Below are positions 24,931-37,196 of a DNA stretch of 64,000 bases, in pieces. Source of the stretch: Marsupella aquatica (Eukaryota; Plantae; Marchantiophyta). The notes beneath the pieces were generated by a model. It saw nothing but the letters and a program-made list of their open reading frames with translations. It did no database searches and was not told the origin of the DNA. The DNA lies in the NCBI GenBank assembly GCA_973895155.1, contig OZ316891.1:28277145-28341144 (forward strand), in the 5' to 3' direction. The stretch's first letter is position 1; each line of letters begins with the position of its first letter. A program made the position numbers and the translations under genes.

Positions 24931-26712
24931 CGTGCATGGAGTCCAGCTGGATTACCCTCTGATCTTGCGCTTCCCCCAGGGTTCTTACGTCCAGTCGATG
25001 GTCTTCGGGTCCTTGGCTCCCCAGTCGGTTCCGCCTCCTTTTGTTCATCTTTCATCGCTGACTCTCTACAGGCTGCCTTAGCCCCTACTCCTATGCTCCC
25101 TAAGTTAGCAGATTCTCAGGCAGCATTTGGGATGTTGTTGAGGTGCATCCACCCTCGTGCGTCTTATCTGGCTAGGACGCATCCCCCTACCGAGGATCTT
25201 TGTCTCCACCTTCGAGCATTTGATGTATCCATTCGTGAGACTCTGGCCTCTCTTTTAGGGCCGGGTACGTTGCTCTCATCTCCGTGGCTTCATCGACAAC
25301 TCGGTCTTCCTATTTCGCAGGGTGGTTTTGGGCTTACTTCCATTGAGAGCCTTGCACCTTTGGCCTTTTTGGGTGCGTGGGCGGCCGCCTTCTCCTTGTT
25401 GGCCGATCGTTTCCTTATTGAGGATCGCCCTTTTTTACTTTCATCTCTCATGGAGGTCGAGGAGGGTTCCCTCCCGTTTCAGGTTCATTTGCGCGCAGCA
25501 CGGTCATCATTACCAGATCCCGTTCGCGCTGCGTTACCTTCTTTTCAGGAGTTTTTATCCTTGGATCCCATTCGTCTTCAGGCAGACCTCGCTGGGCGTA
25601 TGCACGCTTTTACCCTTTCCAGCATCCTTACCGAGGCACTTGACACGGACCGAGCTCGGATTCTTTCTTCCGGAGGGAAGGGCGCAGGAGGATGGCTTCA
25701 GGCCAATCCAGTCATTCCTCATTTGCAGATGTCTTCCACGGAGTTCTCCACAGCCATGCGTCTTCGTATGGGGCTGCCCCATCCACTTCTTGCAGGTTTA
25801 CCTCCTTCTTGCACTTGTGGGAAGCCTTGTGATGCCACAGGTGTCCATCTTCTTCGGTGCAGCTTGGGAGGTGAAACCATTATTGTTCACGATGTTGTGC
25901 GAGATGCAACTGCTCAGGTTCTCTCTGGCTCTTTGGTATGCGTGCGGCGGGAGGTGGTACTCGAGTTACCTGGTCCTCCATCACAGCGGTTACGGGTGGA
26001 TCTTACCATGGTCTGTGAGGGTCACCGTACTTTGGCAGATGTAGTGGTGGCAAACCCATTGCGCCAAGACATCATTGGGACAACGGCAACAACGGCAGGG
26101 GCAGCAGCGTCACGTGCGGCAACAATGAAGGAGGCCAAATATGCTGCACGAGCTTCATCCGACAGCTTCCTCCCCCTTGCTCTGGAGCTATTTGGGCGTC
26201 TTCATCCTCAGTTTGATGGGCTTCTTCGGCAAGCTGCCCGGGATGTTCATGGCCGATTGGGTCCCACCGGGCCCCCGCTTTCTGTTTTGACCACGCACTT
26301 TCGCCAACGCATTTCAGTCACCTTACAGCGTGCTCAAGCTCGGGCCATCTATCGTCGATCTCTCACAATGGGTGCTAGTGTGCCTCCGCAGCGGCTAGCT
26401 CCCCTCGAGGATGTTCCAATCCCACTTGCTGATCTAGTTTTGACCCTTGATGTGGACCATTAGCTTTTTGCCACATTCGGTAGGAATGATGAGGACTTCG
26501 GTCCGTTTGGGTTAGTTTTAGTCTCTCTTTCTTGGTTTTTAGAGGTTCCCTATTGCTCATTTCTTACTTTTAGTTCCTCTTTCTTGGTGTTTAGTGGTTC
26601 CCTTTTGCTCACTTCTTTTACGCTTGGTTTTGTCCACTTGGACCCTCTTTTGTTTGTTCGTATGTACTCTGTTTGGTCCCTTTGTATATAAAAAATGTGT
26701 GTATATCTATCC
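24931..26712 (+). mobile_element. 5'-truncated non-LTR retrotransposon with restriction-like endonuclease (CRE-like clade)
   Basis: Open ORF to 26463 with RT C-terminus (GLRVLGSPVG), LP...GG.G, zinc knuckle CTCG...GVHLLRC, H..VRD and RLE motifs LRVD...LADVVV...KEAKY...F.PLALE.FG. TSD TATTTACCAGT at 24920-24930 and 26713-26723. 3' UTR has a ~53-bp duplication and a TA/A-rich tail. Confidence 0.88.
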
Positions 26713-27809
26713 TATTTACCAGTGATTATGGTCATGGCAAGTGATCAATTTGTATGACAAAAGGGTGTGGACCATGAATTTGGTACTCAGCAGTTTTTTT
26801 TCTTAATGTTAACTAGTAAGTTAAGCCCATCAAATTTGAGACCCACTATTAAACTGACAATGGAAAATTTCAAAGGAAATAATAATACTAGCTACTCATG
26901 AGAAGTGTGTAAGGTAACCCATGACTTCAAAGAGTTTATGAGATGGAATCCCCAAGGGTGGTGAGCTTGAGAGGGTTACCCTTAAGTGTACATATAAAGT
27001 AAAAAATGAAGCAAATCAAAATATGAAAAATGAACCAAAAGTACACCCAGGAGGCTATGCTAGTAAGTAAGTCATTGACGTAGTGGGCTTACAAATTAGT
27101 GTTTATGTACCTCATCAAGGGCCAGATCAAGGGTTTTCACTTATATAGTCATCAGAGAGATATGCTTAGTAGACCCCCTTCTGGAAAAAGTTTGTTTAAT
27201 CAACCCCCTCCATACTTTTTTCCAATCTGGACCGTTGATGGACCTTTTGATCTCAGATCTGGACTGTTGATAGACCTCAGGAGGTCGATCAAGTAACAAG
27301 TTTCATTTTGGGGGTTGATCAAGCAAATACCTCTAGTCATCATCTAGCAAATGGTTCCACTTTGGCCTATTTGCACTTTCAGAATTAAAAAAATAGCTTT
27401 TACAGTACTTTGCCACTAAAAATGTTCTAATTGACAATATTGTCACATTTTGTATTTATAAGAATGCCATGGTTTTGTATATGGATAAAAAGTTCGCCAA
27501 GGTATCCAGGGGATATACATACAGAAACCAGCCATTTTTGTAAATACAAAAAAAAATTATGACAATATTATAAATTCAAATATCTTTAGTTGCAATGTAC
27601 TTAAAAGTTGTTACCAAAACATGTGAACTTCACAAGAAAATGCTAGATATTTATTTTTAAATCTAGAGTTATGACTGTACCATAATTAATCTAATCTTAA
27701 TCACAAACTAGGTTGGGTTAGTTGTGCTATGTCCTATATATACAAGCAAGTGTTCATTTGTGAGGAAGAACTCAGGCTCCTTGCAAACGGAGCAAACCGA
27801 GCCTTCATG

Positions 27810-28560
27810 TTCGTTTGCCAAACCTCAGCCCAATTGCTGTTGCGCCGCTCCTGTTGTTGGCGTTCCGGTAGGCGGACGGGGCAGACGATTCGGCATAACG
27901 GGCAGAGGCAGACATTAGGGCATAACGGGCAGATACATGCGGGCAGACGAAGGGGCATGACGGGCAGATATGTACGGGAAGGGCTAGGGGGACCCGAGCA
28001 TCGACAGCAGATGACAGATGTGGACGTGATGGGCAGAAATTTAGGCAGAGGTGGGTGACGGGCAGCAATTTGGGCAGCATGGGCAGCATGGGCAGATACC
28101 AGGGCATACAGAGCAAACCCGCGAAAGCAAGCGATAAAAGCAATCGGGTACGGGCAGCATGGGGGTCACGGCCCCAACCCCCCAAGGGCAGAAAGGACAG
28201 AACGGGCAGGCCGGAGGAGCAGAACGACCAACAAAACAGCATTCGGGCATGACGGGCAGATAGTGGGGCAGGCTTGGGGACCGGAGCAAAGAACAAACGA
28301 ACAGCAATTGGGCTGAGGTTTGGGCTGCCCAAATGTCTGCCCGTCTGCCAAATTGCCCATTCGGGCAGCATGGGCAGATACAAGGGCATACCAGGCTGAC
28401 CCGAAAAAGCAAGCGATAAGAAGGAATCGGGTACTGGCAGCATGAGGGTCAGCAAGCGCACGGCCCAAAGGGCACCAGGGGCAGCACGGGCAGGAGGGGG
28501 GAACCCGAGCAGAGCTGCGAGAAACGAACAACCAACAGCAATCGCCCAATTGGGCTCTCT
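27810..28560. mobile_element. GC-rich GGGCAG-repeat non-autonomous/foldback-like element
   Basis: Inverted repeat CCAAACCTCAGCCCAATTGCTGTT (~27818) and its complement (~28300-28323). Internal ~88-bp direct repeat at 28081 and 28363. Confidence 0.5.
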
Positions 28561-30499
28561 CTCTACATCCATGCAAGATTTGATCAAGATGAAGGGCCTC
28601 GTCGAGTACACGCTGAGAGCTTTGCGTGTTGAAGTGGGCGTTGTTGCATCCCGACTGACTCACTCACTGCTTGATTGATTGATTGAAAAGCAACTGTAGA
28701 GAACGATCGAATTGCTGACTTGCTCTTCGAGTAAATCTCCCACACTTTGGCTCCGTTTCGACTTTCCTTGCGTTGCCAAGAGAGTCATCAATCAAGACCA
28801 ATCCGTCATACTCTAGCTGAACACCTGCAGTAGAGAGCAGTACAGCTCCTCCTACAGTAGGTGGGGTTAGATGGTGGGAAAGGGTGACTGAACGATTGGG
28901 GTGCCTGGACTCGAGGTTTTCCAAAAGTTAATCGTCGGTAGTAATCTACTGTAATCTACTGTAGTGATCACTTTTAATGGTCCATGTCTGAGTGAGTTAG
29001 GTGCCTCTACAGATTCCCTCGCTCCCTTAAAAAGACGATTCGATTCTATTGTTGTTTTCTTTTCCGTCTTTGGAGCCAGTCGGTCCCCCTACAGCTATGA
29101 TTTGAAGGATTGAATTGGGCTGCTCCCTCGCGTGCATCCGCTTCTGAATGAGGGAGCCAGCGCACCTGCTTTGCCTGGTGCGGTGCGGTGTGGTGTGGTA
29201 TGGTGTGGTGTGGTCACCTCGAAAGCTCGACGGCCTAGCCAAAACAGTCCAGGAGGCGGAAAGTGCAGCTGTTGTGATGGTGCGGTGAAAGTTCAATCGA
29301 CTTCGAGGTGAAAGGCCGATCGACTGATTTTGCGTGAGTCCTTCCTCCTCCTCCTCTTGGCTATCTGCCCACTCCGCCAGCCGTAGCACATCGCCTCGAA
29401 GCCCTCTTTCTTGCGTTTCGAGAGAGAGCTTTCCATGATGCCAAGAGACGACCGAGAGCAGGATTGAGCACCTACCTCAATTTACCTGCGGCAGAGTGCA
29501 GAGTTTGCAGCCTTGACGGGGGAAAGGGATTGACTGCAACGATTGACCGGCGTGAGCTGCCTCTGCACGTACTGTGTTTGCAGACCAAGAGAGAGGGAGT
29601 GAAGGATTGAGTACAGCAATCCAGCAAGGAGACGTCAAGATTTGGGTCCATGAAGATTTCATCACCGAGAGATTTGTGGTCGGGTTGACGACAAGTTTCA
29701 GATGGCTGGAAACCTTGACTGTTCGACTGATTGGAAATAAGACAGCGTAGGGCTGGTCGTCTTGCCATGTGGACAGGACTGGGAACTCCGTTGAACGTGA
29801 AGGAAATGTAGAATATTACTGTAAGTTGGGTCTGGATCCACATGCGTAACTATTGTACGTCTTCCCTTCTTAGCTTGCCATTCGTCAGTCTAGTCGCGCA
29901 TTGTTGGAAGTTAAAGCAGCTGCAACTTCTTTGATGTGGGTTGAATTTCCAAATGATTGACTGTACATCTTAGCACGGATTGACTGTCCGGTTGACAACG
30001 CGTGAGTGACGTTCAATCAATGAATGCAGCCACATTTTGAATCATTTTGATGTGTGATTACCAGCAGGGGTGAGTGACCCATATATCCAATTGAGTCTTC
30101 CATCGATCCCCACACATGTTCTCCCTGGACATTGAATTCTTGGCTCCACTTTGCTTTCGTATTCTTGTCTGTCTGAAGAATATACCGAAGGAATTTCCTC
30201 AAGAAGTTTTCTACTTTTGCTGGTTTGCGAGTTGCGAGTGGCCTGGCCTTTCAGTGCGATTGTAGATTTTACATAGTTGAGCACTCCCATGAAAGGTATA
30301 CTGACGATTTCCTGGATCGACTTCAGGAGTTGTGGAAGAAAAGGGCATGCGCGAGAGAATTCGGTATGTACGTGAAAAGGGCGATGTCCGGGCCACGACC
30401 TTTGGGTACCTGGCAGAGGTGAAATAGTTGGTTTGTGATAGAGGCATTCATCCACGGAATCGAAGTCGGTGAGAGGGCTGTGGAACGTTTCGATCCATC

Positions 30500-33400
30500 A
30501 TGGGAGCGCATCAGTTGAAGAAGATGGCTCAGAGTCGGGTCAACAGCCATAATCATCATAATGGTGGGACGCACAGTTGCCTTGACTACATGCCAAGGCA
30601 CTGGAGTGTGTACACCCTCGCCTTCTCCACAGCTTCGCTTCTTTTGTTCTGTTTCTTGTTCTACGATATGCAGTCGTCGCCCACTTCCCTCCTGCTGCAT
30701 GCAAGTCGCCATATGGGGGCCCTAAAAGCTCAGGTGGGCGACTCCTACTTTTTCACCACCGCCAGCCAAGCGGCCCCCTCTGACGTTGTCGTCGGGAATC
30801 GCTCAGAGTCTGAGACATTGATCGAGGAGGTGCAAGCACATCAAGTCCAGCTGCCGAGGAACAAAACTGAACAAAAGGTGTTGCTCAGCGACGAGGATGT
30901 GCAGTTCATTAAATCAGAATTTGAGGCATCCAATGATTCCGCCCTTACAACCACACCGGAGGAAGGTACCTCCCTCGCAACGCCGGCGCAGAAAACTGTT
31001 TTGGAGGAGGTAGTCACAGAAGAGGATTCAGAGGGCGGCAAAGCTGTGATCGAATCGGAAACTGTAGTTCTCGATACTCCGTTCTCTTCTGCAAGTGAGG
31101 AAGGCTCGAAGGACAGTGTCAGCACACAGAAGGCCGAGAAGGACGTGGATTCCTCTACCGAGGAGAATCCTGAAGACGCTGGCATTGCGGATGACAAAGT
31201 GGTAGAGGACGCTGCAGGAGCTCTGGAGGAAGAGGTGCCGTACGAGTCGTCAGTCACCGACAGTATATGCGATTGGTCCCAAGGGAAGTGGGTCTATGAT
31301 GAGAATTATCCACTCTATCAACCCAACACCTGTCCCTTTATGGATGGAGGATTTAGGTGCGTGGAGAACGGAAGGCCCAGTAGTGAATTTCAGAAGTGGA
31401 GATGGCAACCTCATGGCTGTGACTTACCTAAGTGAGTTCCCTCTTTACTCTTCTAATCTTGCAGACTGATATCTTCCCCTGCATAAAATCCTTCTAACGG
31501 CATCTGCAGAGATTTCCACCGTGACTCCATCGATGAATTCGATGGCATTGCATTTTCTGAAGCCTTCCAATCCTAAGGGTCAGCAAGCATGACTTTGTTT
31601 CTGGCTTTCCCCTTCAAAACGCTGTTGACGGTGAAAAACTTGGGTTGGACGCATACGATGGTCCTTGTTGTCAATGCCTTCCAATCTGTCAGGCCAGCAA
31701 GCAGGATTTAGTTTGTTTATTCCGTTTCCTCTGATCGAAAAGAAAATCTGTTGAAGATGACAATTTCTGGGGTTGATTAATCGCATGGTTTGTGCCATTT
31801 TGTGATAAATACGATTGGGCCACCCGACAGGCCATAATGCAGAACATTTCCAATCGCAGTTGAGGCAAAATGTGAGCAACTACATGATCTGTCTATTACA
31901 GTAAGGAGATATGATGCCATGATCAGTTGTGTAAATTTATTGCGTGGGCTGTCGTGACTCGAATTCTTCCGGATTTCGAATAGAAGGCCCCCAACAAGAG
32001 CAGACTACATCACCACAGTTTGTCACTAGTGCTGTTCTCGTGTGAAACGCTATCGTTGGAGATTCTTCCTCGGAGTCTTCAGAGGGCTTGTAAGCATTCT
32101 TGCGGGATATGTTTACTGAGTATCTATCGTATGTGAAACAGATTCGATGCGAAGGATATTTTGGAGAGGTTGAGAGACAGTCGGATGGTCTTCGTAGGCG
32201 ACTCGATTGGCCGAAACAACTGGGAATCAATGTTGTGCATGCTGTCTAACGTTGTGGCCAACAAGTCCAAAGTCTATGAGATCAATGGCGAGGAGATCAC
32301 GAAGCACAGTGGGTTCCTCATATATCGTTTCGAGGATTACAATTGCACGGTCGAGTACTACCGGTCTCCCCATCTTGTGCCGCAAGGGAGAGCTGCTCCC
32401 AACAGCGATCCAAGAATTAAGAGCACCCTGAAGCTGGACATTATGGACTGGTCGAGCAGCAGGTGGAGCACGGCTGACATTGTCATCTTCAACACAGGGC
32501 ATTGGTGGAGCTACGAGAAGACCGTGCGTGGGTGAGTGCTCCATTCCATCCCAACAAAAGTAGAATTATCCTGTTGCGTTTCCGATGATCCAGAACAAAG
32601 ATAGGATTATCCCCACTGCCATCTGAGCATGGCCGGTCCTGGGAATTAATATTAAAAGGTCGTACTCGGAAAGCCTGTCATTAATTTTGCACAGTAATCC
32701 TGACGGTGGTGAAATCGGGGTGAATGCATCTTGACCGTAGGTGTCTAACACCGTCGCTAGTCTTTTGGAATTGAGTTGTCCACAATAATGCAGACGCATA
32801 CAGTCAAGTCAGGATTCTGCTCCTCTATAGTTCACCATAAGAAAGTAGGAGGAATAGTCCTCTAGTTTTGTTTATTTTGAAGTGGAGAAAATTCTGTTCA
32901 CTAGACTCGGATGTCACCCTCTATTCGAAGTCGAGCCAAGCAGGGCCAGCTGTGGACAATCAGTTCATCTCCCCTGTTTCACTTTAGTGCACTTTCCTGA
33001 GGTTTTGAAGTGGATTAAGGGAATGAACAAGGTTTAAACTCTAGATCTGGAACTCGATTGGCCATCGGCAGCAACTTCTTGTCTGGCTTACGTCTGGGGT
33101 AGTAACTTAAGCAAATCTACTGAAAGCTGGGGTCTGGAAGAAACAAGGACCGCACAAGGTTTTGGAGACAAAAGAGGGGGAGAGAAAAGGTAGTGGAATG
33201 CCACATGTGAAGGAAAACCATGTCTACAGTGTATCATCGGCCCAATCCCTTTACAGCCCCTCTTCCCAGAACCGAGCTTTGCCAGCTGTCCAGGGTGGGC
33301 CGTCGGATAGTTTGTGTCAGAATAGTGCAGTCTGGGTGCGGCTTTGGTTTGATCTCCTTTGGTAGTTTGTACCTGTAGTGTCCAGGCTTTTCAGATAAGG

Positions 33401-35618
33401 AACAGTTTGGCCTGCAAAGTACTTGAGTTCTGACAAGTTGATTTGCTCCTTCCCTTTTACTATCTTTGTAAGTTTGTAGCCTAGTTCTGACTATACGAGG
33501 AATATTCTTTGGCGACAGACTTGATTCGTTAATATCGGTTGCCTTTTATATAACTATTTAGCCAGGTCCAACTATTGAACGTTCCGAACTTGGTTTCCAG
33601 TGATTATTCATCACCTTGTAGCCTGAGAATGATTGGAGGTAGTTCTTGAGAAGCACAAGTGCCTACAGTAGACTCTTCCGAAAAATGGTTTGGGCAGAAA
33701 ATCAGAGATCTAGGTACGTAGCTACAAATTTTCAAATATATTTTAAGATTGTTTTTTCACTGTCAATCTTTAGTTGTGTCAATTCCTTAGGCATCGTCAT
33801 ATTGCTTTTCCTCTCCTGGGAGTATTACTGTTCGTGTTCTGGAATGAAGTCGAAAGCTCTGTCACTGGATAAGGACGTCGAAAGCTCGAAAGGCATACTT
33901 TCTAGGGAGTCGGGCAGACGCCAGGACCGTGATAACTGATGACGACGAGAACTGCCTTGTCTTTTGAGAGTTTTCAGAAAGATGTCTACGGACGTACTCG
34001 ATGCAATAATCACTGTACCATGGCATTACTACTCGTACGCCATCAGAGTTTACTCGTATATGCTGCCATTTATATATTACTCCTCGTTAGAAGTGAAACA
34101 TACAAACATGGCAAAACGGAGGCGAGCCTACGACATTCTCTTCACGCTTTCCTTTGGGCTGTTCCAATTCCTTAAGTATGACTATTTTCTAGCAGCATGT
34201 CTGCCGCCGCCGGCTGAAACTTGGAACTGAATTCCAGATCTCGTGGATGAACAGTTAAGTTCTCCTCATTTTGTTCGAGAATGTGCGGGCTTAGTGTTGT
34301 TGACGGCAGGTCTTCGCTAGAAGGGCCATTGAAAAGGAAATCCGATGGATTTTGCGCGGGATGAGTGCCGAATTTTTGGTTGGGATGAGCCCTTTAGGGA
34401 TCTTGGAACCATTTCCAAGGTTTATACCGTAGTCCTGTGGAGCAAATGCAGTTGCCTTGTCAAGCGACTGAAAGGTTCACTAAGAATTCTGAGCTGTGGA
34501 ATATTGTGGCTCCATATATTGCCCAAAATGTCCCAAAATGTTCTGTTGCCCTGCTCCGGATATGGTCTAATTGTATTTTGGCTTTTCCCATATGATTTTG
34601 AGTCCAGAGGAATTGAGATATACACTCTTAATTTCTAAGGTCTACAGGGGAGGGCTAGAAATATGGATATGAATTTAGAATGCCTTTTACCAAACCGCAG
34701 GGTCGCGTTTTTTCAAAATCCCAGCGTTAGAGCACACTTTGCGTTTCACATTTTAAACCTCGAGATTGATTTTTGTTTTCATTCATGCGTGGCTGTGTTC
34801 ACCTGATTTGGACGATGGAGGATTTTGTCGATCTAACTAATGGATTCGTGGTCGTGCGTGATTACAGATGGAATCTCTTTCAAGAAAAACAGACCGTTTA
34901 TATGAACATGACGGTAGGGGAAGCGTTTACAAGAGCCATGCGGACTGTGGCCCGCTTTGTTGAGGAAAAGATGGATCCTTCCAAGTCCCAAGTCTTCTTC
35001 AGAAGTTACGCTCCTGTCCACTTCAAGTAAGTTGCTCACATCCTTGAGCTAATGACCTTCTTACATGCCAGCTTTTGAGCTAGTTTGTCAAACCTTGTAA
35101 TTGGCTGCGTCCATTCATTCAGTTCTGTTTCACATGGAGTAGGTTTTCTTCTGAGTCTTCCTCCGCCACTGGGTGGAGCATTATCCTATACCTTAATGCT
35201 GTTGTCCATTCTCAAATGGTATTGGCCCAGTGAATTATATTGAACATCTGATTGGATTATTTGTGGTTGCAGAGGTGGAACTTGGGACCATGGCGGTCAT
35301 TGCCATAACGATCAGAAACCCCTGCAGAAGTTCCCTTTCATCTGGGAGGACAAAACACCCAGCGTAATGATTGCACACGTAATGTCGACGAACGTGAAAA
35401 ACCCAATCAACTTTGTAAACATCACCTACTTGTCAGATTTGAGGCCTGATGGCCACTCTTCAAGATATCAAAGAGTGCCCCCTTCTCCCGTGAATCATCA
35501 GGATTGCAGTCACTGGTGCTTGCCAGGAGTTCCAGACACTTGGAACGAACTTGTGCTTGCAACTCTCCTGAAGAACGGGCGAGGAAAATGGGGCAGTCGC
35601 AACCAGTTGGAGAGCTAG
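30500..35618 (+). CDS. TBL: TRICHOME BIREFRINGENCE-LIKE polysaccharide O-acetyltransferase; exons 30500-31431, 32142-32531, 34868-35026, 35273-35618 (608 aa)
   Basis: N-terminal [11 protein letters not shown]...CPF...C..NGRP...WRWQP.GC, GDS motif (FVGDSIGRN) and [15 protein letters not shown] (DxxH). All three GT-AG introns are phase-compatible; spliced length is 1827 nt. Confidence 0.95.
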
Positions 35619-37196
35619 GTTGCTGCGGATGTTTCACAGCCCAGGGATTCGGCGCTGGATCACCTGGACTGCCTCGAACATTTTGTAGACCATCACCAAG
35701 ATAATTGAGACGCTCTTAAATTACTACCTCAGTTTGAGGTCGGCTCCCTTTTCTTCCACCTTCCATCCTCCTAGAAAGGTTTTACGTAGTCGATAAGTCT
35801 TTTGCCGGTAGTCCTGTCCTGGAGGAATCCCCTGGAAAATCTTTTCCTGTTGTCAATTTCTCAGCTAGATTCCTGAGAACAACGCCACTCTGGCGGGACC
35901 AGACGAACTTCAAAGCGAAATCTTCAGATTCACATGTTATGAGCTGCATCATGTAGCCACAGCTCCCATTGATTAGGGTGGCTGTCAGATAAGGTGGCCA
36001 ACTGCCTCCTTTGGGAAAGCAAAACTGAGTTACGTTTCAGCCTTCCTGCACAACAGTGCCTTGTAAATAGAACACCTATGAAGGCTTACAGTTGCCTTCT
36101 TCACAACGAAACGTACCCTATTCATTCCTTGTACTTGGAAAAATAAATCATGGAGTTCCTTTGTCCCTGATCAGGATTTTAGGTTTTGATATCATGATCT
36201 CTGTGACAAAGAAATTTTATTCATTTTAATTGAACTTTGATTGTGAATTCTGGTTGTGTGCCTGGGGCTAGTGAACACCGTGTTTTCCATAACCTTTCAT
36301 TGCGTTTGGTGTCCAGAGTTCGCTGCGAGTATTGTTTGTTTTGCGTAAATGTGGAATGCAGTTCTAGAGGAAAGATTCTTACGTCGAAACTTCATGTCTC
36401 TCGAGCATAAATCTGGTCGCCCTGTGGGAAACTTTGGAATCTTACGAAAAACTGTGTCGTCCTATGGGAATCGATGTAAGTCCGCTTGTTAATACGAGTT
36501 CGTAGACCTAAGCACACGCATTTAAGAGGAGAGGCAGGACTCAAATGTTTGTGCCCCAGATTCAGGAACATGAACGAAAGGAGCATAATTTCTTTGAAGC
36601 TATCCAACTTAGTATGTTCTCATGGTTGAGAAAGGCAATTATTGATCCATTCTCAGCAAGTGCACAATGATTGTATCTCGAGCTCTTTCTGTAGCTAAGG
36701 TATGAGCAGTGTTTGACACTCATCGATGGGTCTTCTTGTAGAGAGTTTGTTTACAGCCGGCCAGGGGACTGTTTAGAGAACAATCTGGGCACCCGAGAAG
36801 AGGATGCTCAGGGTACACATGTTCGAATTCTGATAAAGTTACGCAACGTAGGTCCTTTTGCTGGATGTGCGTGCTTCAATGGTTGGTGAAGGGCCTTTAG
36901 TACACGCTGGATCCTATGTGCGAAAGGATTACACAGGATATGTCATTTGATACATTGACCGCTTCAATTTCATCCTTAAAACAGATTACTGTTGTGATTG
37001 AATGTCCCTACCGTATGAAGCTAATGAATGAATCAGTCTCCCAGATCCATCCTATTCATTTCACATAGTGTTGTACATTCACAGCTCTGAAATGTCCAGC
37101 ATGTGTTATTCGCTTTACATAAGCATACATGAGGGCGGGGTCCACGTACGAACTAATTCATCAAAATTTCAATCCTCTTCATTTCCATCATCTTCT

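Noticed and set aside
33646-34638. Nested gene in TBL intron 2
   Set aside because: Short ORFs with no recognisable motif or consistent splice structure.
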